DNA of 63,954 bases, the filler included, from Bigelowiella natans CCMP2755 (taxonomy: Eukaryota; Protista; Cercozoa), in the NCBI GenBank assembly GCA_000320545.1. It is 8 parts of 8 records of this genome, joined end to end, with 100 filler letters (N's around TTAATTAATTAA, not from the genome) between each part and the next. Parts side by side here need not be neighbours in the genome. Positions count along the whole stretch, not along the records: positions 12,497 to 23,871 come from ADNK01002921.1; positions 23,972 to 31,704 come from ADNK01001157.1; 6 more parts are not named here. One strand, given 5' to 3'. Made by a program: the position numbers and the translations under genes. Under the pieces are notes generated by a model. The model saw nothing but the letters and a program-made list of their open reading frames with translations. It did no database searches and was not told the origin of the DNA. Below, piece after piece: positions 13,014 to 26,948 of the stretch (the first letter of the stretch is position 1; every line of letters starts with the position of its first letter).

Positions 13014-14207
13014 CCGGGTGATGCATGTTAATGCAAAAACACGGAGAATACCCAACATAGCACAGTGCTAGCTTGTTTGCGCACGTCGCGCAAAAGACAC
13101 CAGTAGTCCCATGAGCAAAAGATGCTCCATAGAACTACAGGGAGTGAGTTTTTCCTATAAACTATCGCCGTCATTGCGGTACGGCAGCATTGTCCACTCC
13201 TCTCCTCCTCTGCGACAGAGAATACATGACAACAAATCAACAAACGGCCTCCTATAACTAATAAGGTTCATGTGCCTATCGCCGTTCATAAATCGCTGCC
13301 GCCGAGGAGGCGAGCATCGCTCTTTATAGCGGAGCGGGATATTCGGGTTATTATTCGCGGTCTGTCTGTCTGCGAGGGCTCGCTTGCCAAGCGCTTTGAA
13401 AGCTGTTTGCAAGTGTAACTAATTAGGAAAATGGTGCGATGAGCTCATTTATTAGCTGCATAGTTCAGTTTTCGTAACCCGAGTTATAAATAAATCGTCG
13501 TTGGTCATCAACAATAGCAGGCTGTGATACAAGCAGCATAATGACGTAAGAAGCCCGTGCGCACTGCAATGCTACGGCGCATCCTTTTAATCCGACTGAC
13601 GGCAGTATAAATAAGCACGCGTCAAAACTGTATGTGGGCTGCTTCAGAGCAGCTCGGCAAAAGTTACGCTGACACTGCTTCTTTGCATGCCAGCTCATTG
13701 TGCTAACTGCTGCTCCCTCATCATGCTTCATGCTTGTTATCGCGCTACAGCACGCGCGTCTATGTGCCAAAACAAAAAGCCCATACTACGCACATCGCAC
13801 GTGAAGTAGCAGATCGATCGAATCGGGGAAGAATTGCATGTGTAGCTATGACGTGTTCATAGTGCATAGCTAGCTAGCTAGATAGCACGGCTACTCATGC
13901 CATGTGCATAGACAGCTGCATGTGACATGTGACACCGACATGCAAGCGCTCCATGTGCGTACCAGCGTAGCGTAGACATTTCGACTTTATTAAATTTACA
14001 TTTCACTATGTGTGCATGATGATAGAAGGTGTGGTCGTTGGCTAGACTAATCAGCATTTTTGTACTACTGTATAACTTATTTCTTGAATTTGCTCTTAAG
14101 ATACTTGGATTGCTGACCGGATATTGTAACAAATGTATGGAGAAAGTCGTAGTATGTAGCACGGAGACGGGCTCACCCTAATATCCTCTCCCGTCATCTT
14201 GTCTTCT

Positions 14208-15679
14208 TCAGGGGGTTATCTTGATTTTTGATCGGGGGCACTTTTCCCATTCTGTGCTGTCCGCATAAATAACATGGTAAGTCCCACAGTCGTTGACGGA
14301 AAAAACCTCGGCGTGAATCCATTCTGTGCCGGAATTCTTCTGCGCCTTCACGGGCGTCCCGACCTTTAACGCCCCAGTCTTCTCAGTCTTCGCCTTCTTC
14401 GGCCTAGCTGTGATCTCTTTAATTGCATGTCGTGGGCAGTTCGGCCATTCGTCGTTGTCGCCGTAGATGAGATGGAACGTGCCGTCTGCATTTATTGCAT
14501 ACACAGTGGCATGGTAACTTTTCTCTGAGTGTTTCCAGCTGGCTTTCACGCTAGTACCAGGAAGGATCTCAGGGTCCTCATCCTCTCTTCCTCGCTTCCT
14601 TCTAGGTTCCTGATTCTTCAAGCGGCCGATCTCTTCCTTGAGGCTCTTCACTTCGCTCCTGTGGGTTTTCTGCTGTATCTCAATAACGCCCTGCAAATCG
14701 GTGACCGATGCTACTCTCTTCTGAAGCTCGCGTTTGGTTTCGTGTAGGTTGCTTTTGAGGCTATCGATCTCTGACCTCATTGTTTTGACTTTCCTCTCCC
14801 CTGTCAAGAGTTTTCTCTGACTCTCGTGGAATAGCTTCTCGAGGGTTGCAATCTTTGCCATGTTCTGCCTCTTCAGAGTCTCGAGAGTTACTAGTTTTCC
14901 TTGGTTCTCCTTTTTCCATTCCCACACTTCAGAGTTCTTTTTTTGGATGTCGCCCTCCAGCTCTTGAATCTGTGCGTGTACATGTGAGTCAGGCTACAAA
15001 GCAAGATGACATACGTGCCCACAGGTAGTACACACTGATGCCTACGTGCAGCTTCTAACAAAAGGGAGGCGCAGACGTGCAGATAGAACTTTGGGTCACC
15101 TTTTTCTTCAGCGCAACGATCATACGATTGTTCTCAACTTTCCTGACATAATGGCCAAGGGGAAAATGAGGGTCTTGTGAGGCGTGCGTGTGTTCGTTCG
15201 TGTACGATTTCTTCAGGGGACAAATATACCCAACAGACATGGTGATATAACTTATTCCGCGCTATGTTTTCAGAAGTTAGACGCAAGAGAGGTCCGTACA
15301 CTAGCTAGAATCTGCCATTATCTAAAGAACCGAGGTAACAACGACCTGGACACGACTTCAAAAGACGGGCTCTCCGAAATCCGCCTGGTGAGAAAATGGA
15401 GTGGAAGGGCAGAATACACAAAGTCAAAGAATGAATAAATTTGGTGCTGAGTAATTTAGGGAAAACGTTCTTTGTATATGGCGATAAATAAAGACGATAA
15501 ATTCTCGAAGTTTTGTTCTCGCTACTTGATCGCAAGGCCATCCTCAGCGGTATGCCACTCGAGCTTATACGTCGTCCCTGCCCTTAACACCTTGTTAGGA
15601 AATACAACAGATCCAGAAGCCTTACCTGCATAGGGATACAACACACAACAGTCTCACTCTACCTTTCTCCTATATACGC

Positions 15680-15719
<40 letters not shown>

Positions 15720-16772
15720 TACATCTGGATTTATTTTATATTTGCAATTAGTCTTGGGTTGCTTTTTAAAATGAGACCGGGAGCTACGGTGGCCACCAAA
15801 ATAAACTCGTTAGAGCCTTCTCGACGAAGAGCAATGATACTGCCCTGGAGCGACACCGTTGCACTTGAAGCCCAGTGGATGCGAAGTTCCTTGCTCTCTA
15901 AGAATGAGTTATAGCAATGTGTCACATACGTGAGAAGAATGCACGCCTATCCATGCATGGGTGTGTAAGTAACTTATGTATTAACACATATGTATATATA
16001 TGTATATTCTAACCAGCGTCAGATCTGCTCTTACCTATGTAGAATTTTTTCGGGGGAATAATCGTGAAGGTTCGGTCATGGCTGCACAGACAATATCATC
16101 AATTCAAAGAGAGACAGTAATTACGATCACATGGGTTGTTACAACCTCTGATACATACCAGCAATCTTACCAAGCTACCCCCAATTTACCTGAAACTTGT
16201 TGCTTTAAACACTTTGCTGCTGGCTAGAGTTGCCCACTTCGACAGCAACAAGAACTTGTATGTCTTCCCAGCTTCCAGGAAGCCTCTTTGGAATTCTACT
16301 GCCCCATTGTTTTTTTTTTGCTTCTTGAGTTGGACCTCCTGAATGACCTGTAAAAAATAGTTACAAGATAATAGAGGGATGCATGAGAAGATTGTCCTAA
16401 GAATTGCCCCATCTGCAAGCAGATATCTAGATAATTCAAAGAATGAGCTCCACATTCTGTGGGTGTTGTCGTTGCCGTTGTTCGAATGTTAAGACATAAA
16501 TAATAACGCAAAGCGAACCTTGTTCCCATCAGTTGTGCTGACCATGCGAAGTCGCGTTTTCTCGAGTGAGGCACCCGAGGTAATCGACCACCGGCACAAC
16601 ACTCTATCATCTTTATCTGGAAAGAATTTTAACACTTGTTACTGCCTCGTCTTCACGTTGATGGCAGTTCATGCATCCACGTTAATTTAAGGCCGTTACC
16701 TAGGTTGTAAACCTCACTAGAGGCCTTGAGATTGTAGTTTTGCCTTCCAAAGAAAGAAGAGAAAAAACTCAT
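14208..16772 (-). CDS. Protein with two SKICH-like beta-sandwich repeats, a coiled coil and tandem Tudor/Agenet-like domains
   Basis: Phase-consistent GT-AG exon chain from MSFFSSFF (ATG 16772): ...NGAVEFQRGFLEAGKTYKF...; ...SGSVVFPNKVLRAGTTYKLEW...ISESPSFEVVSR; KVENNRMIVALKKK|IQELEGD into ORF 14208..14927. That ORF has a heptad-rich region and two GT.VKA.....y.A.V...N.dGT.H.IY.D..EW..CPR..IK repeats. Confidence 0.7.
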
Positions 16773-17291
16773 CGCTGTTAATATTGTGCGCTGTGGTCTT
16801 CGTGGCAGGTCTTGGATTCTGTCTTCAGCAGGTCTTGGATTATGTCTGCCTCGAATCTTTCGCGGAGGAGGATTAAAAAAAACGAATTTGTTTATTTCAG
16901 CAAAAAATGGCATAGGGTTCATCTTAGCGACAGACATGGTACCAAGTCGCAGGACACCAAAACAGACATGCTCCGGCGCAAAATCCCCCTCGATTCGTTC
17001 TGGAACTCGTAGATAAAATAAATAGCATGTAACTTCGCAGAAACCGAAACGAATTAATTAATTAACGCAGTCTCGTAACAAAATACGGTCCGTTTTTACA
17101 CAGTTTGTGCGCATAAAATCTGACTCGGGGAGCGACGAATCTTAAGTCTCGTTACTGCTAGAAATCTGCTGCATTATCCGCTTTCACGGGTGAGATGCAG
17201 GGCGTTTTTTCTCTGCGCCAGGTTATGTTCAGTCGCGTTGGGGCTCAACCGGAAGCAGAAAGGAGAACGCAGACGACAGGCACTCGCGAGC

Positions 17292-20259
17292 ATGCATCGA
17301 AATCGTGACCGCGGGGGGGAGACCGAACCTGTGTTGCAATCGTCCTTGGACCTGTATCCTGGGCTGAAAGATGTCCTACAGATGATGGATCCGAAAGAGT
17401 GTGTTGCCATTCACCTTGACCGCCGTTTTTGTTTCCTAGCGTCGCAGCCATCTCATTGACCTTGTGCTTGGCATGAACTTGCGCTTCGTAAACGAACAGG
17501 ATGGGACCAGTGGTTGACCTCGAATTCTTCCCTTCTCCTCTTTTTCCGACGAAGGAGCAGCTCTCGCTTGCCCTACTGTAACAAAATTTTGTCACATTAT
17601 TCTCATTGACAGATTTTTGCGAAACAGAATTGCTCTCCCTTTCACATTGGACTAATGTAAGTTACGCACCCATGATATATTACTCTAATACCTAAGGCAC
17701 ACAGCTGCGGATAAATTGGTCTCACAACTTCACTTCAAATTTAACGACACGACGACGCTGGACGCCCTGATCAGTCCAAATGCCATGAAGGTAGATCTCG
17801 GGCTTTCAACAGACAAAAAACGTTCGATGCCGCACTGCTACCGCAACATGATTCCTCGAGCGATAGCTCCCACTTCCCTCGTAAAACTGATATAAGTGTG
17901 ATAACACAGAGATTCCAGAAAGATAAAAAATCAAATATTGAACAGTGGGAGCTATTCGTACGCAACATGTACCCCAAAGAGTCTAAGAAAGAACAGGTGT
18001 CCGGAGAAAGACTCCTAACAGCAGGAAGACGCCCAACGCTAAATGTTTTTTTACAGGCCGCCGAAAGAGCGAAAAGGAGGCTCAAAGAAGAGGTCCACCA
18101 TGTTCATTGCATTCCAAATGTAATCATTAAACTATCAAATATTGTTTGGCAGGCTGTCCAACGAGCAAAGGAAAAAGCCAAAAAGGAGGTTCATCATGTT
18201 GACTATCTTCCGCACAGGATGATGTCTTTCAACTTGGATCATTATGTTCTTCATCAATGAATATATTGTTTGACAGGCCGCCGAAAGAGCGAAAAGGAGA
18301 TTCAAAGAAGAGGTCCACCATTTTCATTGTATTCCAAATGTAATCATTACACTGACACATGTTTTTGGGTAGGCTGCCCAACGAGCGAAGGATGAAGCTA
18401 AAAAGGAGGTTCATCATGTTGACTATCTTCCGCACAGGATGATGTTCTTTCAACTTGGATCATTATGGTCTTTATCAATGAATATATTGTTTGACAGGCC
18501 GCCCGAAAAGCGAAAGTGATGGAGGAAAAGGCGAAGGTTTACAATGCTCACTACCTTCCAAATGTAATCATTAAACTATCAAATATTGTTTGGCAGGCTG
18601 TCCAACGAGCAAAGGAAAAAGCCAAAAAGGAGGTTCATCATGTTGACCATCTTCCGCACAGGATGATGTTCTTTCAACTTGGATCATTATGTTCTTTATC
18701 AATGAATATATTGTTTGACAGGCCGCCGAAAGAGCGAAAAGGAGGCTCGAAGAAGAGGTCCACCATGTTCATTGCATTCCAAATGTAATCATTACACTGA
18801 CACATGTTTTTGGGTAGGCTGCCCAACGAGCGAAGGATGAAGCTAAAAAGGAGGTTCATCATGTTGACTATCTTCCGCACAGGATGATGTTCTTTCAACT
18901 TGGATCATTATGGTCTTTATCAATGAATATATTGTTTGACAGGCCGCCCGAAAAGCGAAAGTGATGGAGGAAAAGGCGAAGGTTTACAATGCTCACTACC
19001 TTCCAAATGTAATCATTAAACTATCAAATATTGTTTGGCAGGCTGTCCAACGAGCAAAGGAAAAAGCCAAAAAGGAGGTTCATCATGTTGACCATCTTCC
19101 GCACAGGATGATGTTCTTTCAACTTGGATCATTATGTTCTTTATCAATGAATATATTGTTTGACAGGCCGCCGAAAGAGCGAAAAGGAGGCTCGAAGAAG
19201 AGGTCCACCATGTTCATTGCATTCCAAATGTAATCATTACACTGACACATGTTTTTGGGTAGGCTGCCCAACGAGCGAAGGATGAAGCTAAAAAGGAGGT
19301 TCATCATGTTGACTATCTTCCGCACAGGATGATGTTCTTTCAACTTGGATCATTATGGTCTTTATCAATGAATATATTGTTTGACAGGCCGCCCGAAAAG
19401 CGAAAGTGATGTTGGAAAAAGAGGTTCATCATACATCTTCTGCACAGGATGATGATCTGTCAATTCGGATCTTTACTCAGAGAAAAATTGTTATTTGACA
19501 GGCTGCTCGACGAGCAAAAGAGAGGGCAATGAGATCGGTTCGTAGTAATCCCTGTTTTCCGTACGAAATAGTGTTTTTGCAAGTGTGATCGTCATGGTAT
19601 TTATCTACAATTAATTTTTGATAGGCCGACCAACCACGGAAATGGAGGAACCATAACAAGAACAAATTAAGCAAGGCCAAATCGACTGAGAACAAACCGG
19701 AATTAGTATTTTCTCTCTGCGTCGTAAGCGCTTTTCTTACCTGGTGCGTTCGATGTATGATTGTCAATGTGAGAATTCCCATCTTGCTATACACCTCGAG
19801 GAATCTAAATTTTGCGGCCATTCTGACCGACTCTGCATCCTTTCATCAAGACCGTTTAGAGTTGTGTTTCTCATTCGCAGGGTCATCGATACCACTAGCC
19901 CACTGGCAACGTTCAAGGAGATTTTGTCAGCATTCCTTGCGGTCATGATCATATTACTTGAGCTGATAGAAGAAACGAATTTAGCAGACATCAAGTTACT
20001 GTTGAATTGTGGTTTTCTTATTTTCACTGCAATACATTCTTGTATTGGATCGAGCATCAACAATTTTCAAGTCTTAATCTTAATGGTGGTTGTGAGTTCG
20101 CATTTTGTCTTTTCGAAGCTGGGCTTCATCTCTACGGGTGTTTCGTTAGCATGCCGGGCGTGCTACCTTTGTTATTTTGGGATTATTTTCCTCATTTTTG
20201 CACATTCGATGTTGTTCGAATCGTCTGTTGGCAAAACTTCTCCTGAACATGCCTACTGA
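17292..20259 (+). CDS. Membrane protein with a charged helical repeat stalk (microexon array) and C-terminal multi-TM region; start uncertain
   Basis: Exon RFQKDKKSNIEQWELF...KEQ, then 14 phase-0 microexons (AAERAKRRLKEE type), then ADQPRK...LVFSLCVVSAFLTW and a hydrophobic terminal exon ending SPEHAY* at 20259. Confidence 0.6.
18057..19537 (+). repeat. Tandem exon-intron array with a 445-bp higher-order period (about 3 copies)
   Basis: Identical ORFs recur at 18516/18961 and 18674/19119. One unit is four 36-39-nt exons separated by alternating ~60 and ~88-nt GT-AG introns. Confidence 0.92.
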
Positions 20260-21465
20260 TGCATCATCTGCCATCACACTGCACAACGAACAACGACCAA
20301 TGATGAAATGAGTCGATGTCCCACGATTGACCTTGAGAGCTCTCGATCGTCTGCACTGTCTAGCTGATCGATTCTTTGTGCGTCACGCGCACGGAAGCGG
20401 TAATTTCCTCATGACATGAGTGCAACAGATGCATGCAATGCATCATGCGAACAAAGGAGCCAAGAAAATTCATCGCAAGCGCCACTGTAATAATGCAAGA
20501 TGCAAACTTCATCGCCGAGGCTGGAGGGCACAATGGACAGCCAATGACGTGTGCACTGTGCATTGTGCACACGTACTGAAAAGTTCATGGATTGATTGAT
20601 GAATGATTCATGCGCTCATCACGTGAATTCAGTTTGCGTCGTGTTCGTTTCAACATTCCAACAATGATGCAAGGTGCAGCATCATCACTGCGAGCCAGGC
20701 ACGCTAGCACGCCTGAACCAGTGCACGTGCAACGAGTGAGACGGATGTGATGAAGGGATTGAGTCTTTTGAATGGTCATCCTGATGCAGCCATGCAAAGC
20801 AGCGGCCACAGCGCTCAGGTTGTGTCCATTTGTCTCAACTGTCCTGTGTTTCGTGCACTTGAAAGCATCTGCATCCTGTCGTCGATGTCGTGCGGTGTGC
20901 GCAGCAGTCCGTGCCTCTTTTTCAGCTTCAGTTGGTCGTTTCGTGTCGTCGTTTCGATTCACGATGGCGTGGAAGCATGTGGAGCAGGCATCAACACCAC
21001 GTGCTCAATCAACAAACGCTGGATTGCATGCGATCGATGGAGACTCATTGTGCACTGCAGTGACTCCAGAAAACTGAATCTCCTGCCCGAATGTCGCCCC
21101 CGCCCTGTGCGCATCACACCGCTGAAACTTCACGACTCCAGAGCCAACGGGGCACATCCATGCAGCACTTCGTGTTCACACTCAAGGTGAGCAGTGTGTG
21201 CGTGGCGCGAGTGAAGTTGTTCTGTTTCAACAGTGCTATGTGGTGCAGATGAATGAATGAACTAGCAAACTGATTGATTGATTGTCGAAAGGACCAGAAA
21301 GAAGGAAAGAAGTGTTTGCTCAGGGTGAGAAAGAAAGAAAGCTAGAAAGAAAGAAGCATTTCAATGAATGAATGAAGCATGGAGCATTGTGGAAAATCAC
21401 CAGACCGTCGCGTTTTCGCACGTCTAAACTCCAGTCTGCGACATCCCTGGGGCTGGTCACTTCAT

Positions 21466-21670
21466 CCGGAGGTGGCGGAGATGTCCGGAGGTCGTTGGAG
21501 TGTCTCCAGAGAGTGTCCGGAGGTGTGTATCCTGAGAGTCTCCGGAGATTGTCCGGAGGTCGTTGGAGTGTCCGGAGATGTGTATCCAGAGAGTGTCCGG
21601 AGGTGTGTGTAGAGAGTGTCCGGAGGTGTACAACCACACAGTGTCCGGAGGTCGTTAGGAGTGTCCCTGG
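21466..21670. repeat. Degenerate tandem array with nine TCCGGAG cores
   Basis: GTGTCCGGAG / GGTCGTTGGAG / GTATCCAGAG modules repeated at 11-32 bp spacing. Confidence 0.85.
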
Positions 21671-22057
21671 GATCTTGTCGCAAGATAAAACACTTCGACG
21701 CTCCGAGTTGCACAACAATTGGAAGTGAAGAAGGACGCTGTGGGGAGAAATGCGGCATTTTTCAGTTGGAATTCAGGAATTCTGGGAATTCCATTGTCTT
21801 AGTCTAGAAATCCGAATAATTTTTTTGTATCGAATCAAAATTTGGCCCAAAATGCCCTCCCTTCTCCCCTTCTACTTGCCGAACACCGCTAGAAGAAGGA
21901 CGCGTTCTTCGCAGACAAAAAAATGGATTAAATAGATGTGAATTTTTAAGTGCGACATAGAATCACGTTAAATATCGCTCCCGCCCTCCCCGCCCCGACA
22001 CGCCAAGCTGCTTTCTGAGTGAGCATCCGCACATAGAAAGTAGCTGCGCTGTGCTCA

Positions 22058-22942
22058 GAAGAATACGATGAAAGCTGGAAGCAGAGACCGCCAACGGCGA
22101 GAATCAAACTCGTGGTCCTGGGGAAAGTGAGTCATTAGAAGGATGCTAAGTGCATTGTGATGGGCTTGTAGTTCTGTACTGTAGCATCTAGATTTTAGTC
22201 TCTTCTTCCCTCTTCGCTGTTTCCTCCCTTTCTTCTTTTCTCCCACTCTCTTTGTATGTGCATCTGCGTGTGCACTAATCAATCTATGACTTTGGAGATC
22301 ATCACCGGACTGCTGTACCTTAATCTAAAAACGTGACAAGCTTCTGCGTGCTGACCATCTCTTTCTCTCCTCCCTCCCTCCCTTCTCCCCCCCACAGAAA
22401 ACCCATTTCCTACAAGAATTGTTTCGGGACTTCAATGGTGTGGTTCACGCCAAGGATAATAAGCCTCGTCCAAGGGTATGCGGGCTTGGACGACATCCCG
22501 CTCATTGAAAACGAGCAACTTCAGCGCTTCGCAGAGCATGTAGGATCACGAATCATAGACGTAGAACCATGAATCATAAATATCCTTACTTTGGGAATGT
22601 TATCGAGAGCCAGGTGCTGCGCTTTACCGCGTTGCTAAGCGTACAACGTGGTGGTGTTTGTTCCATGAAGCTCCATTTTGAGTATGTATCCATCACTTAT
22701 AGTACCCGGACATAGATCTGCGAACGTTGATAAGATTCTTCGTCGCGAGGGATCAGAACATAAAAAAGGCTAAGAACATGCTGGACAACTACCTGCAGTT
22801 CAAGAGGGAAAAGCTGTCAAAATTCAGTAAGGAGCCTTCATACAACAACCAGGAATATATATATACATTACCTAGGGTGGGCTTGTTGGTGGCACCTTCT
22901 CTCCACACGCCAAAAAAAAACAAATATGTTTAAGTGTTAATT

Positions 22943-22981
<39 letters not shown>

Positions 22982-23402
22982 ATATACATATAACAACAGT
23001 GGGGTTTATTCGGTTCCGAAATGCACACAAAATTATTTTAAAGGAGTTGATATTATTTCCCCATGATTGGGGGGGGATTGGATGTTTTCCCCCGAGGGGG
23101 GGGGGGGGGGGGGGAGAGAGCTAACGCATTACTATGGTACCGCAGCTATGGCTTGGTTCATGGAACAGCTGGTAAAGAAAACAGGTCGGTTGGGATTAAG
23201 AGGAGGATGGTTGGAGGGGTGCTGGTATATGTGCTTGAGTCTTTATGCACGGTGCTGCCCGATCTTCTGTATCACCACCCTCGCACATTACTCTTTATGT
23301 CATATCCAGCAATTGGGCCTGCAAAACGGGCACACAGTACCATATTAACAGCATGATGTGCTGATCTCCTGAATGCGGTCTGTCTCTCTGTGTGTGTGTG
23401 TG

Positions 23403-23441
<39 letters not shown>

Positions 23442-23841
23442 CGCGCGCGCTTTCTACTTCTTGGCAGGTCCGTACACCCCCCCCCGTTTCACCATCGCTG
23501 GAGCAACCAATGGGATCAATGGCGCACCTAATCTACCCGCCGGAAAGCTGATGGGGATCTTCAAGGTAGTAAACAAAATAGAACGCCTGGAGGAGGGCAG
23601 GATTCGAATATGGGGGGGGAGAAGAAGAGAATGCTGGCATTGCTATTAGGATGAAATCTTGGAACAGCATGCTGGTGTTGCGTATTATGAAGCACGCACA
23701 GGCACACGCACAGGCACCTTCATTTTTTCGAGTAGATATTCGTTGGTCATTTTCTATTGAATGTCTGCATGTGTCAAATGGTACATTTGTAAAAGAATGA
23801 TCAGCACAGTACTAGGCGACAACTTTCCGGAGACTTGTCAG
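22058..23841 (+). CDS. Sec14/CRAL-TRIO lipid-binding protein (3' truncated by gap)
   Basis: YPDIDLRTLIRFFVARDQNIKKAKNMLDNYLQFKRE matches the CRAL-TRIO_N pattern. Later exons read AWFMEQLVKK and ISTVLGDNFPETCQ (equivalent of the ..YPE.. motif). Confidence 0.75.
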
Positions 23842-23871
23842 GTGATAACCCCCCCCCACCCCCTCTTATCT

Positions 23872-23971
23872 NNNNNNNNNNNNNNNNNNNNNNNNNNNNN
23901 NNNNNNNNNNNNNNNTTAATTAATTAANNNNNNNNNNNNNNNNNNNNNNNNNNNNNNNNNNNNNNNNNNNN
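23872..23971. other. Artificial contig linker
   Basis: N44-TTAATTAATTAA-N44. Confidence 0.97.
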
Positions 23972-23978
23972 GCACACC

Positions 23979-24047
<69 letters not shown>

Positions 24048-24092
24048 CTCTGTATGCTTCTTGCCCCCCCTCTTGTCCTCCCTCCATTAAAC

Positions 24093-26513
<2,421 letters not shown>

Positions 26514-26948
26514 CTTAGCCTTGTGGCGCTGGAGTTCCAACAAACATAACAATAAAAAATTATACAATATCTCTACCGACTGCAAATCGCTCAACCCATC
26601 TCACTCACCCATCAATGTCGTCTTCGCTGGAGCAGCAGGATCCCATGGCGGGATGGAGTCGCGCAGCAGGAGGGAAGGCGGGAGTCTTTTTGGTTGTCGG
26701 TCGAATGGAAGATCGCCTTCCTTTTCACCCTGCGACAAAAGCCTTTGGCGGAAACGTGCTAATGCATTTTTAACGTCGCGCCATATTTTAAAATGGGGAT
26801 TTCGAATGTGCGACATGGTATTTCTGCTAGTTTTCTCTAGTTTCCTAGTTTCTTATTTCGCTTCACAACGGGATAACTCGTAGACAGGCACGCGATGCCC
26901 ACATCGTCGGGTGGAATGGCGGTAGAGAGAGGTAGTGTGCGCTAAAGC

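Noticed and set aside
12497-13412. Possible minus-strand gene start
   Set aside because: Exon-like pieces exist but no consistent frame or recognisable family could be built.
18057-19537. CRISPR-like or satellite reading of the 445-bp array, and the repeated 74/90-aa ORFs
   Set aside because: No unique spacers or cas genes; units resolve into GT-AG introns and in-frame exons, and the ORFs read through introns.
20260-21420. CpG-methylation decay or classical RIP as the cause of the TG/CA excess
   Set aside because: CpG remains abundant and TpA is lost rather than gained.
21320-21758. ORFs on both strands over the TCCGGAG array
   Set aside because: Open only because the repeat lacks stop codons.
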